Positions 8,031-17,508 are shown, counted from the stretch's first letter. The stretch is 32,000 nucleotides of DNA from Bifidobacterium longum subsp. longum JCM 1217 (GCF_000196555.1 NC_015067.1:930001-962000); one strand, 5' to 3'. Program-made: numbers and translations. Notes: generated by a model not told the origin, from the sequence alone.

Positions 8031-9626
8031 ATGACCGAACACCTTGATGACTCGACCCAGCAGTTTGCGCCTCTGTTTGGTGCGAATAATGCCGTCAGCG
8101 GCACTGTGGCAGACAGTGTGGATGCTGCTGCATCAGATTCCATTCAGGGCGATGAGATGAGGAGGCGCCGCATCTGGCCGTGGGTGGTGATTGCTTGTCT
8201 GCTGGTTGCCTTGGGGGCTGCCTGTGGCGGCGGTGTTTGGTTCTTCCAAGATCACGTGCTGCCTGGCACAACGCTATGGGGAAATTCAGTTACCGGCAAA
8301 ACCGAGCAGGAGATTGTCGACCTAATCAACGACCAGGTCGACAACACCGCGGTACGAGCGAAATACCAGGGGCAGTCGGCGACGTTCACGCTGAAAGATC
8401 TCGGCATCGAAGTTGATGGTGAAGCAATCGCATCCGATGTCATCAATGCCCAACGCGGTGACGCATGGTGGCAACAGTATGCGTTCTGGATTACGCATGA
8501 TGTGGCCCCGCAAATCAATCCCGAGCTCGCTGATGGCAGTGTGGTAGATAAGGCGCTGAACATTGATGCACAAGAACCTGTTGACGCGCAAGTCGCATTG
8601 AACGATAACAACAGTGGCTTCAACGTTATTGCGGGAGAAAATGGCCAGGGAGCCAACGCCACCAGCATTGCGAAGCAAGCCATTTCCACAGTGGAGTCAT
8701 TGGGCAGTGTCCAGCCACAGACCGTTCGGGTGGAACTCGACGTAACCGAACCGACGATTACCAATGCAATTGCCGATGAGGCGAAAACCACGCTGGAAAC
8801 CCTAGTGAACAATGCCGTGGCCATCAAGGTGGCGGATAAAGACATCGCCACCGTGAATGCGTCCATGCTGGGTTCGGCCATGCGCATCGACGCCAACCAG
8901 CAGTCAAAGCTGAAAGACAATGAAGTACGTAATGGCTACGTGGTCTTTGATGCCGATAAGCTGCAGCAATACTATGACGAGCAAATCAAGCCGAATCTCA
9001 AATTGGAACGTGAAGACAAGAAGGTCGTCGTCAATAATGCTGGCGAGGTGCTGAGCACTGAAACAGAAGGCCATGATGGCATTGTGATTGCCGATGGCGC
9101 GGATACGGAGGTTGGTGCTCGCTTGGCTCAGGTGCTGGCCACGGGAACTGGCTCAGTGAATGTGGACGGCAAGGTAGATCCCAAACAGGAAGTCAAGGTC
9201 GCTCATCGCGTGGCGATTGACCTGTCCGACCGTAAGCTCTATGCCTATGAGAATGACACGGTGGTCAAGACATTGAATGTCGTGGTCGCGGAGGGCAACG
9301 ACAACGTCACCGGCGAATGCGTTGGCATGATGTGTACGCCGACAGGTGACTTCAACGTATGGCAAAAGTTGCCCAGTCAAGATATGAGCGGCACGCTGAA
9401 TCTTGCCGATGGCACGGTGGAAACATGGGATGTCAAAGACGTGGGCTTCGTCAATTACTTCTCCTCCGGTTGCGCAATCCACCGTATTGCCGGCGGATAT
9501 GTAGCGGATGCCGTAATGCCCTCCATTGCCAACGGATCTCATGGTTGCGTGGGTATCGGATGGGATGTGGCCGAATGGTTCTACAACTGGTGCAATATGG
9601 GCACGAGCGTGCATATCCAAGTGTGA
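8031..9626 (+). CDS. Membrane-anchored L,D-transpeptidase family protein (YkuD catalytic domain at the C-terminus)
   Basis: 531 aa. It has an N-terminal cytoplasmic tail and one TM segment (RRRRIWPWVVIACLLVALGAACGGGVWFF). A long extracellular region follows. The C-terminal YkuD-like domain (DRKLYAYENDTVVKTLNVVV ... CAIHRIAG ... NGSHGCVGI) carries the His/Cys catalytic motif. Confidence 0.8.
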   Translation: MTEHLDDSTQQFAPLFGANNAVSGTVADSVDAAASDSIQGDEMRRRRIWPWVVIACLLVALGAACGGGVWFFQDHVLPGTTLWGNSVTGKTEQEIVDLINDQVDNTAVRAKYQGQSATFTLKDLGIEVDGEAIASDVINAQRGDAWWQQYAFWITHDVAPQINPELADGSVVDKALNIDAQEPVDAQVALNDNNSGFNVIAGENGQGANATSIAKQAISTVESLGSVQPQTVRVELDVTEPTITNAIADEAKTTLETLVNNAVAIKVADKDIATVNASMLGSAMRIDANQQSKLKDNEVRNGYVVFDADKLQQYYDEQIKPNLKLEREDKKVVVNNAGEVLSTETEGHDGIVIADGADTEVGARLAQVLATGTGSVNVDGKVDPKQEVKVAHRVAIDLSDRKLYAYENDTVVKTLNVVVAEGNDNVTGECVGMMCTPTGDFNVWQKLPSQDMSGTLNLADGTVETWDVKDVGFVNYFSSGCAIHRIAGGYVADAVMPSIANGSHGCVGIGWDVAEWFYNWCNMGTSVHIQV

Positions 9627-9650
9627 TATGCAACAGTGTGATATGTAACA
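9621..9650. repeat. Tandem 15-mer duplication (GTGTGATATGCAACA / GTGTGATATGTAACA) spanning the transpeptidase stop codon
   Basis: Units at 9621-9635 and 9636-9650, 14/15 identical. The TGA stop of the upstream CDS (9624-9626) lies inside unit 1. Confidence 0.9.
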
Positions 9651-9849
9651 AATACGGCATGCAGTGGTGCGACACATAATGCCGCATACGCGATGTTCGG
9701 TGTGCATGGGACAAGCTTGCCCGGCTCCAATATCGCTGTATCGCATTCGTGTAATCAAGCCCACAGCCAATATGCGTCAGGGCGGCTAGTGTTTGCACTT
9801 GGGTTCTGCTAGGTTTTCATAGGATTAAGTGTGATACAAGGAAGGCAGG

Positions 9850-11349
9850 ATGGTGACCGAAAACACAGCACCAAACGCCGCCGCTGACGTGGAGATGAGC
9901 CAGTATGTGGCTGATCGTACCCGCGTCAACGAGGACAAGATCAAGAAGGATGACGAGATCATCAGCCAGTTCGGCGACTACAACTATGGTTGGCATGATT
10001 CTGATGCCGCCGGCGAAGCCGCAAAACGAGGCATTGATGAGAACGTCGTACGCGCGATCAGCGCCGACAAAGGCGAGCCGCAGTGGATGCTCGACATGCG
10101 TCTGCGTGGATTCAAGGCGTTCCTCGAAAAGCCCATGCCCGATTGGGGTGTGGATCTCTCCGGCTTCAACGCAGACGACTTCAAGTACTACGTCAAGCCA
10201 ATCGACAAGCAGGCGAAAAGCTGGGACGAACTGCCTGACGACATCCGCAACACCTACGATCGTCTCGGCATCCCGGAGGCGGAGAAGAACCGCCTCGTCT
10301 CCGGCGTGGCCGCCCAGTACGAGTCGGAGGTCATCTACAACTCCATCCAGGAGGACCTGAAGAAGCAGGGCGTCATCTTCGTCGACACGGACACCGCTGT
10401 GCGCGAATACCCTGAACTCGTCAAGAAGTACTTCGGCACCGTCGTGCCTCCGGAAGACAACAAGTTCGGTGCCCTCAACACCGCGGCATGGTCCGGCGGC
10501 TCGTTCGTATACGTGCCGAAGGGCGTGCATGTGGACATCCCGTTGCAGGCGTACTTCCGCATCAACACCCCGGCCATGGGTCAGTTCGAGCGCACGCTCA
10601 TCATCGCGGACGAAGGCTCCTACGTGCACTACGTGGAAGGCTGCACCGCCCCGATCTGGTCCGAGGACTCGCTGCACGCCGCCATCGTCGAGATCATCGT
10701 CGAAAAGCACGCCCGCGTGCGTTACACCACCGTGCAGAACTGGTCGAACAACGTCTACAACCTCGTCACCCAGCGTGCCTACGTGCGCGAGGGCGGCACG
10801 ATGGAATGGGTCGACGGCAACATCGGTTCCAAGGCCACCATGAAGTACCCGGCCTGCATCCTCGCCGAACCGTACGCCAAGGCATCCACCATGTCCCTCG
10901 GCTTCGCCGGCAAGGGCCAGTACCAGGACACGGGCGCGAAGATGATTCACCTCGCCCCGCACACCAGCTCCACCATCGTCGCCAAGTCCATTTCCCGTGG
11001 TGGTGGCCGCTCCGCCTACCGCGGTCTGGTCAAAATCGTCAAGGGCGCGTACGGTTCGTCCAACTCGACCGTGTGCGATGCCCTGCTGGTCGACGACTTC
11101 TCCCGCTCCGATACCTACCCGCATGTCGACGTTCGCGAAGACGACGTTTCGATGGCCCACGAAGCCACCGTTTCCAAGATTTCCGAAGACCAGCTCTTCT
11201 ACCTGATGAGCCGAGGTCTCACGGAGGAAGAGGCGCGAGGCATGATCGTGCGCGGCTTCGTCGAACCGATCAGCCGTGAGCTGCCGATGGAATACGCGCT
11301 TGAACTCAACAGACTTGTGGAACTTCAGATGGAAGGATCGGTGGGCTGA
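9850..11349 (+). CDS. sufB: Fe-S cluster assembly protein SufB
   Basis: 499 aa. Conserved SufB blocks are present: [34 protein letters not shown], and a C-terminal GFVEPI...[15 protein letters not shown] aaggaagg lies upstream. Confidence 0.97.
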   Translation: MVTENTAPNAAADVEMSQYVADRTRVNEDKIKKDDEIISQFGDYNYGWHDSDAAGEAAKRGIDENVVRAISADKGEPQWMLDMRLRGFKAFLEKPMPDWGVDLSGFNADDFKYYVKPIDKQAKSWDELPDDIRNTYDRLGIPEAEKNRLVSGVAAQYESEVIYNSIQEDLKKQGVIFVDTDTAVREYPELVKKYFGTVVPPEDNKFGALNTAAWSGGSFVYVPKGVHVDIPLQAYFRINTPAMGQFERTLIIADEGSYVHYVEGCTAPIWSEDSLHAAIVEIIVEKHARVRYTTVQNWSNNVYNLVTQRAYVREGGTMEWVDGNIGSKATMKYPACILAEPYAKASTMSLGFAGKGQYQDTGAKMIHLAPHTSSTIVAKSISRGGGRSAYRGLVKIVKGAYGSSNSTVCDALLVDDFSRSDTYPHVDVREDDVSMAHEATVSKISEDQLFYLMSRGLTEEEARGMIVRGFVEPISRELPMEYALELNRLVELQMEGSVG

Positions 11350-11354
11350 TTCCG

Positions 11355-12590
11355 ATGACCGACAACACAACACCCGTCAAGGAAATCAAGATTCCGGTCG
11401 CCGACCCCAACGACCCGTACGCGATTCCGGCCGCTATGCCGTCCTCCGTGGACCATGCCGTGCGCTCGTTCAACGCAGGCGACTACCCGGAGCCCAGCCG
11501 CAAGCAGGACGAATGGCGCTACACGCCTATCGAGCGCATCAACGAGTTCTTCACCGTGTTCAAGCCTTCCGGCGAAACGCAGATCGAAGTCTCCATGATT
11601 GACGGCTCGCCGTTGGCCGAAGGCGTGAAGCTCAGCCAGATCAAGCTCGGTGAGGGCCTGTCCGGCACTGTGTCCAAGCCCAACGACCGCGTCTCCGCAG
11701 TCGAATGGGAATCCGGCCGCACCGCAACCATTCTGGAACTGTCCGGTGAGATCGCCCAGCCCGTGCTCGTCAAGGTGCACGGCGCGGGGGAGGACCTCGA
11801 CGCTTTCCATCTGGTGATCGCCGCCGCCGACAAGGCTCATGCGGACGTCGTCGTGGAACACGACGGTGACGCACGACTGGCCGAAGGCGTGGAAATCACC
11901 ACCGGCAAGGACTCGCACGTCTCCACCACGTTCGTTCAGGAATGGGCCAAAACCGCCAAGCATGTGGCCAACCACCGCATCCACGTCGGCGAAGGCGCAT
12001 CCCTGCGCCACTCCGTCGTGACCTTGGGCGGCGACATCGTCCGCATCCGCATGGATCAGGACTTCGGCGGCGAACAGGGCGACCTCAACATGCTCGGCAT
12101 CTACTTCGTGGACCCCGGCGAGCACATCGAACACCGCACGATGGTGGTACACAACCACCCCGACTGCAAGTCCCGCGTGGTCTACAAGGGCGCGCTTGAC
12201 GGCAAGGGCGCGCACTCCACTTGGGTGGGCAACGCGCTCATCCAGCCCACCGCCCCCGGCACCGACTCCTACGAGCTCAACCGCAACCTGGTCCTGACCC
12301 CGGGCGCCATCGCCGATTCCGAGCCGAACCTCGAAATCGAAAACGGCAACATCATCGGTGCCGGTCACGCCTCTTCGGTGGGCCGCTTCGACGACGAGGA
12401 ACTGTTCTACCTCGAATCCCGCGGCATCCCCGAAACCGACGCCCGCAAGCTCGTGGTGCGCGGCTTCTTCGGCGAACTCGTCGAGGAGATCGGCATTCCC
12501 GCCATCTCCGAACATCTGATGACCGTGATTGACCGCCGACTGGCCCGTGGTGAAAACGACGCCATGGCACAGGTCCTCGAAGACAAGTAA
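11355..12590 (+). CDS. sufD: Fe-S cluster assembly protein SufD
   Basis: 411 aa immediately after sufB (5-nt gap). The beta-helix SufB/D family C-terminus is present (EPNLEIENGNIIGAGHASSVGRFDDEELFYLESRGI). Confidence 0.93.
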   Translation: MTDNTTPVKEIKIPVADPNDPYAIPAAMPSSVDHAVRSFNAGDYPEPSRKQDEWRYTPIERINEFFTVFKPSGETQIEVSMIDGSPLAEGVKLSQIKLGEGLSGTVSKPNDRVSAVEWESGRTATILELSGEIAQPVLVKVHGAGEDLDAFHLVIAAADKAHADVVVEHDGDARLAEGVEITTGKDSHVSTTFVQEWAKTAKHVANHRIHVGEGASLRHSVVTLGGDIVRIRMDQDFGGEQGDLNMLGIYFVDPGEHIEHRTMVVHNHPDCKSRVVYKGALDGKGAHSTWVGNALIQPTAPGTDSYELNRNLVLTPGAIADSEPNLEIENGNIIGAGHASSVGRFDDEELFYLESRGIPETDARKLVVRGFFGELVEEIGIPAISEHLMTVIDRRLARGENDAMAQVLEDK

Positions 12591-12615
12591 GAACAGCATT
12601 TTTAGGAGCACAACA

Positions 12616-13395
12616 ATGTCAACACTCGAAATCAAGGACCTGCACGTCCACGTCGAAACCAAGGAAGGCATCAAGCCGATCCTGAAGGGTGCCACCCTGA
12701 CCGTCCACTCCGGCGAAACCCACGCCATCATGGGCCCCAACGGTTCCGGCAAGTCCACTCTCGCCTACACGTTGGCCGGCCACCCCAAGTACGTGGTCGA
12801 CTCCGGCGAGGCCCTCCTCGACGGCAAGGACATCCTCAAGATGACTCCGGACGAGCGCGCCAAGGCCGGCCTGTTCCTGGCCATGCAGTACCCGGTCGAA
12901 ATACCGGGCGTGTCCATGACCAACTTCTTGCGCACCGCCAAGACCGAAATCGACGGCGAGGCTCCCGGTATTCGCCAGTGGGCCAAGGACCTGTCCGCAG
13001 CCATGAAGCGCCTCAAGATGGACCCGAAGTTCGCCTCCCGTTCCGTGAACGAAGGCTTCTCCGGCGGTGAAAAGAAGCGCGCCGAAGTGCTGCAGCTCGA
13101 ACTGCTGAAACCGAAGTTTGCCGTCCTTGACGAAACCGACTCCGGCTTGGACGTGGACGCCCTGCGCATCGTGTCCGAAGGCGTGAACCGCGCCAAGGAA
13201 GCCAACCAGTTCGGCATCCTCATGGTCACGCACTACACCCGTATCTTGAAGTACATCAAGCCGGACATCGTGCACGTGTTCGCCGACGGCCACTTCGTCA
13301 AGACCGGCGGCCCTGAGCTGGCCGACGAACTCGAAGAGAACGGCTACGACCAGTACCTGCCCGAAGGCGCCGACTCCGAGTCCGCACTGGCCTGA
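12616..13395 (+). CDS. sufC: Fe-S cluster assembly ATPase SufC
   Basis: 259 aa from the ATG at 12616, with RBS aggag at 12604-12608. MSTLEIKDLHV, Walker A GPNGSGKST, ABC signature FSGGEKKR, Walker B AVLDETDSGLD. The track start at 12529 overlaps sufD and is unlikely. Confidence 0.96.
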   Translation: MSTLEIKDLHVHVETKEGIKPILKGATLTVHSGETHAIMGPNGSGKSTLAYTLAGHPKYVVDSGEALLDGKDILKMTPDERAKAGLFLAMQYPVEIPGVSMTNFLRTAKTEIDGEAPGIRQWAKDLSAAMKRLKMDPKFASRSVNEGFSGGEKKRAEVLQLELLKPKFAVLDETDSGLDVDALRIVSEGVNRAKEANQFGILMVTHYTRILKYIKPDIVHVFADGHFVKTGGPELADELEENGYDQYLPEGADSESALA

Positions 13396-13405
13396 GTCCG
13401 TGACC

Positions 13406-13495
13406 GTGGGAGTCTGACATGCCCTATTCTCGACACGCTCCGGGCCGCTTAGGCCAGGTCTTTACGGTCGCGAACAGGCCATGTCAGACTCCCAC
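13406..13495. repeat. 90-bp element bounded by perfect 16-bp inverted repeats in the sufC-sufS spacer
   Basis: GTGGGAGTCTGACATG (13406-13421) and CATGTCAGACTCCCAC (13480-13495) are exact reverse complements separated by 58 nt. The loop has an inner small hairpin ggcc-gctta-ggcc. Confidence 0.9.
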
Positions 13496-13533
13496 TCGTT
13501 TCGTACAATTGTTACGTAAGTAGGGGGAACATA

Positions 13534-14808
13534 ATGGTTGATTTTAAGGCGATTCGGGCGCAGTTCCCGATTCTGGATCAGGAGATTCACGGGCACCCGC
13601 TCGTGTACCTGGATTCTGCGGCCACCTCGCAGAAGCCGAATGCGGTGATCGACGCCGAGGCGAACTTCTACCGTACAATTAACGCCGGCGTGCACCGTGG
13701 TGCGCACGAGCTGGCCGCCCGTAGCACCATGGCCTTTGAGGAGGCCCGAGCCAAGGTGGCCAAGCTGGTCGGCGCGAATGCGGCCGAAGGTGAAGAGGAG
13801 GTCGTCGTCACCGGTGGTGCCACGGCCGGACTGAACCTGCTCGCCACCGCATTCGGCAATGCATCGCTGGGGCGTGGGGGAGAAGCCGCCAAGCGTTTTG
13901 CCCTGAAGCCGGGCGATGAGATCGTCGTCTCGCGTGCGGAACATCATTCGGTGCTGCTGCCGTTCCAGGAGCTGTCCTACCGTACCGGCGCCACCTTCAA
14001 GTGGATCGACCTGACCGAGGACGGCCGTGTGCGTACGGACAACCTCGACGAAGTCATCACCGAGCGTACCAAGGTCGTGGCCGTCACCCACGTGGGCAAC
14101 GCCACGGGTGCCATCACCAACATCGCCCCGATCATCAAGCGTGCGCATGAAGTAGGTTCGATCTTCATCTTGGACGCTTGCCAGTCCGTACCGCACCTCA
14201 AGGTCGATTTCCACGCGCTTGATGTGGACTTCGCCGCCTGGAGCGCGCACAAGATGTACGGTCCTACCGGCGTCGGTTTCCTGTACGGTAAGCGCGACCT
14301 GCTCGAAGCCCTGCCGCCGGCCAACTTCGGCGGCTCCATGGTCGAGCTCGCCTACATGGACCACGAGGCCCAATACATGGCCCCTCCGGCCCGCTTCGAG
14401 GCCGGCACCCGGCCGGTCGCCCAAGTGGTGGCCGCAGGCGTCGCCGCCGAATGGATGATGAACATCGGGCTCGAGAACATCGAAGCCCATGAGAAGACCA
14501 TCGCCGCCGAACTGCTCAAGCTCGGCGACGTCGATGGCATTCGCATCCTCGGGCCGCGCGAAAACGTGGACCGCATCGGCACCGTGGCGTTCGACGTGGC
14601 CGGCGTGCATCCGCACGATGTGGGCCAGTTCATCGACGCCCAGGGCATCGCGATTCGCGTGGGACACCACTGCGCCCAGCCGGTACACCGCCACTTCGGC
14701 CTATACGCATCCAACCGTGCCTCCTCCGGTGTCTACAATTCGGTCGAAGATGCCCAAGCGTTGGTCGAAGCGGCCAAGGGCATCCGTAAGTTCTTTGGAG
14801 TGGAGTAA
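13534..14808 (+). CDS. sufS: Cysteine desulfurase SufS (class II aminotransferase V, PLP-dependent)
   Basis: 424 aa. FPILDQEIHGHPLVYLDSAATSQKP, a PLP-lysine region SAHKMYGPTGVG, and an active-site Cys region RVGHHCAQP. Confidence 0.95.
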   Translation: MVDFKAIRAQFPILDQEIHGHPLVYLDSAATSQKPNAVIDAEANFYRTINAGVHRGAHELAARSTMAFEEARAKVAKLVGANAAEGEEEVVVTGGATAGLNLLATAFGNASLGRGGEAAKRFALKPGDEIVVSRAEHHSVLLPFQELSYRTGATFKWIDLTEDGRVRTDNLDEVITERTKVVAVTHVGNATGAITNIAPIIKRAHEVGSIFILDACQSVPHLKVDFHALDVDFAAWSAHKMYGPTGVGFLYGKRDLLEALPPANFGGSMVELAYMDHEAQYMAPPARFEAGTRPVAQVVAAGVAAEWMMNIGLENIEAHEKTIAAELLKLGDVDGIRILGPRENVDRIGTVAFDVAGVHPHDVGQFIDAQGIAIRVGHHCAQPVHRHFGLYASNRASSGVYNSVEDAQALVEAAKGIRKFFGVE

Positions 14809-14819
14809 AACAGAACACC

Positions 14820-15374
14820 ATGAACGAATTCGGTATGAGCGGGGATGACCTCGAACAGATGTACCAAGAGGTCATCCTCGAGGCGTCGAAACATCCGCAT
14901 GGCAAGGAATCCTTTGCGCCCAACGCAGCGGTCGAACAGTCCGCGGACGCAGCGGCCAATGTCACCGTACAAGCCAGCCACGAATACTGCACGCCCGGTG
15001 AATCGCACCAGTTCAACCCGACCTGCGGCGACGAGGCGACCATCCATGTCGAAGTCTCCGATGACGAACCGCACACCATCAAGCGATTGGTGTGGGACGG
15101 CCACGGCTGCTCCATTTCGCAGGCCAGCCTGTCGGTGATGGTCGATCTGGTGGACGGCAAAACCGTTGACGAGGCCATGGATCTGGAACAGACATTCCAC
15201 AAGCTGATGGAATCGCGCGGTGCCGGTCTGGACGACGAGAACCTGGAAGAAAAGCTCGGCGACGCCGTGGTATTCCAAGGCGTGTCGAAATACCCTATGC
15301 GCATCAAATGCGCTCTGCTAGGCTGGGAAGGGCTGAAGGACTCCATCGCCAAAGCCCTCGCTGCAAAGAACTGA
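14820..15374 (+). CDS. sufU: SufU/IscU-type Fe-S cluster scaffold / sulfur acceptor
   Basis: 184 aa. The three conserved Cys contexts are NPTCGD, GHGCSISQAS and RIKCALL. The SufU-type insertion between Cys2 and Cys3 is present. Confidence 0.9.
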   Translation: MNEFGMSGDDLEQMYQEVILEASKHPHGKESFAPNAAVEQSADAAANVTVQASHEYCTPGESHQFNPTCGDEATIHVEVSDDEPHTIKRLVWDGHGCSISQASLSVMVDLVDGKTVDEAMDLEQTFHKLMESRGAGLDDENLEEKLGDAVVFQGVSKYPMRIKCALLGWEGLKDSIAKALAAKN

Positions 15375-15380
15375 GGAAAT

Positions 15381-15974
15381 ATGTCCAACGATAATTTGGT
15401 TCCCGAACCACAGCCGTCCGTTTTCGATGCTGTCAACGGCGTCCTGCAGGACGAGGAGGCCGCTCGCCGCGTGATGGCCAACCCGGCCTTGGCCAAGGGC
15501 TTCCCGAACGGACGCCCGATCGAGCACTCTGCTGCGTCCGGCGATGACACCTGTGCGTGTGGCGGTCACCACGGCAAATGCGGTTGCCAGGATGACGAAC
15601 AGTCCGATGGCAGCGAGATTCCGATCAAGGCGATTGACGATATCGGCCGCGCCACTGCCGAAGACGTGCGCGAGGCACTGCATCAGGTGATTGATCCGGA
15701 GCTTGGCATCGACGTGATCGATTTGGGTCTGGTCTACGGCATTGAGATCGATGAGCTAGGCCGCGCCATTATTACGATGACGCTGACCACGCCGGCCTGC
15801 CCGCTGACCGACCTTATCGAGGACGAATGCGCATCCACGCTGGCCGGTCTGGTCGAGGAGTTCCGCATCGACTGGACGTGGGATCCGCGCTGGACCATGG
15901 AGCGCATCACGCCCGAAGGCCGCGACCAGCTCGCCGCCCTAGGCTTCAGCTTCGACAATATGCCAAAGTACTGA
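15381..15974 (+). CDS. DUF59/MIP18-family (SufT-like) Fe-S assembly protein with a Cys/His-rich N-terminal extension
   Basis: 197 aa. The C-terminal ~100 aa match the DUF59 core (VIDPELGIDVIDLGLVYGIEID ... MTLTTPACPL). It is the last gene of the suf cluster. RBS gaggaaa lies upstream. Confidence 0.85.
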   Translation: MSNDNLVPEPQPSVFDAVNGVLQDEEAARRVMANPALAKGFPNGRPIEHSAASGDDTCACGGHHGKCGCQDDEQSDGSEIPIKAIDDIGRATAEDVREALHQVIDPELGIDVIDLGLVYGIEIDELGRAIITMTLTTPACPLTDLIEDECASTLAGLVEEFRIDWTWDPRWTMERITPEGRDQLAALGFSFDNMPKY

Positions 15975-15986
15975 TAGCGCTTAGTA

Positions 15987-16008
15987 AGTTCCCTCATCAG
16001 AGGGAGCT
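15987..16008. repeat. TCCCTC-N4-GAGGGA hairpin related to the repeat-family core
   Basis: agttccctc-atca-gagggagct forms a 9-bp stem, including one G-T pair. It lies just downstream of the DUF59 stop and next to the terminator. Confidence 0.6.
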
Positions 16009-16016
16009 CTATACGA

Positions 16017-16045
16017 GAAAAGCCCCGCATGATGCGGGGCTTTTC
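16017..16045. terminator. Bidirectional rho-independent terminator between the suf operon (+) and glgC (-)
   Basis: gaaaAGCCCCGCATgATGCGGGGCTtttc. This is a 10-bp perfect palindromic stem flanked by an A-run on one side and a T-run on the other, between convergent stops (15974 and 16064). Confidence 0.9.
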
Positions 16046-16063
16046 CATGTCTGGACTGGTCAA

Positions 16064-17308
16064 TCAGTCATCGACGATGGTGTTCTTCGGGACAACCGTG
16101 ATGCCATCCGGCGTGACGGTGAAGCCACGGGCCAGATCGTGCTCGGTATCGATGCCGACAGTGGAGTTCTCGGTGAGCACCACGTTCTTGTCAAGAATCG
16201 CCTTGTACACGCGGGCGCGGCGGTTGATGACTACACCGTCGAACAGCACGGAATCGACAATCTGTGCCCACGAGTGGATACGCACATTGGGGGAGAGCAC
16301 GGAGTGGTGCACTTCACCGCCGGAGACGATCACACCGGGGGAGACGATCGAATCGGTGGCGTGGCCCAGACGGTCGCGGCCGGCGTGCACGAACTTGGCC
16401 GGCGGCAGGTTGCCGGACATCGTGTAAATCGGCCAATCCTGGTTGTACAGGTTGAACTCGGGCACATAGGCGATCAGATCCATGTGCGCATCGTAGAACT
16501 GCTTAATCGTACCGACGTCGCGCCAGTAAGCGTGATCAGTGGCCGTGGAGCCCGGAATCTCGTTCGAGTTGAAGTCGTAGACGCCGGCTTCGTTGCGGGA
16601 AGCGAAGTACGGGGCGATGTCGCCGCCCATGTCGTGCTTGGTGTCGGCAGCCTTCTCATCGAGAGCCAGAGCCTCGAACAGGGCCTTGGTGTTGGCGACG
16701 TAGTTACCCATGGAGGCCAGAATCTGGTTCGGATTGTCCGGCAGACCGGTGGTGGTGGGCGGCTTCTCCTGGAAGTTCTTGATCATGTTCGGGTGATCGG
16801 GATCGACCTCAATCACACCGAACTGGTTCGATTCCTCGATGGGCTGGCGGATACCGGCCACGGTGAACTCGGCGCCGGACTCGATGTGCTGCTGTACCAT
16901 CTGTTCGAAGTCCATGCGGTAGACGTGATCGGCACCCACGATCACCACGATGTCCGGCTGGACATCCTCGATGATGTTGATGGTCTGGTAGATGGCGTCG
17001 GCGGAGCCGAGATACCAGTGCTTGCCGAGACGCTGCTGCGCGGGCACAGGGGAGACGTACGAGCCAAGCAGCGGGGAGAAACGCCAGACCTGGGAGATGT
17101 GGCGGTCAAGCGAGTGAGACTTGTACTGGGTGAGCACCACGACCTGACGGTACCCGGAGTTCACCAGGTTGCTCAACGGGAAATCGATCAGACGATACAC
17201 ACCACCGAAGGGAACGGCGGGCTTCGCGCGATCACGGGTTAACGGCATCAGGCGGGTCCCCTCACCACCTGCAAGCACAATCGACAGAATCTTGGGATTC
17301 TTGGTCAT
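16064..17308 (-). CDS. glgC: Glucose-1-phosphate adenylyltransferase
   Basis: 414 aa. [52 protein letters not shown], and a C-terminal left-handed beta-helix region. Confidence 0.96.
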   Translation of the reverse strand: MTKNPKILSIVLAGGEGTRLMPLTRDRAKPAVPFGGVYRLIDFPLSNLVNSGYRQVVVLTQYKSHSLDRHISQVWRFSPLLGSYVSPVPAQQRLGKHWYLGSADAIYQTINIIEDVQPDIVVIVGADHVYRMDFEQMVQQHIESGAEFTVAGIRQPIEESNQFGVIEVDPDHPNMIKNFQEKPPTTTGLPDNPNQILASMGNYVANTKALFEALALDEKAADTKHDMGGDIAPYFASRNEAGVYDFNSNEIPGSTATDHAYWRDVGTIKQFYDAHMDLIAYVPEFNLYNQDWPIYTMSGNLPPAKFVHAGRDRLGHATDSIVSPGVIVSGGEVHHSVLSPNVRIHSWAQIVDSVLFDGVVINRRARVYKAILDKNVVLTENSTVGIDTEHDLARGFTVTPDGITVVPKNTIVDD

Positions 17309-17508
17309 CGTAACTGTCCTCTCTGTTACTGAGCGTCTTTCGACACCGCACTGCCGGGCCGGATGCTTCCTTGCATTCGGTTTACATAGTTAATAATTGC
17401 AGAAAAAAACGAACATGCAAGGCTTTCGCCCCCGCGTGCCGTGAACTTGCGATGAACAGTTTCGTAGATTTGTTAAGGATCCGGCCTTTTCGGAGCGCGT
17501 GCGATTCC

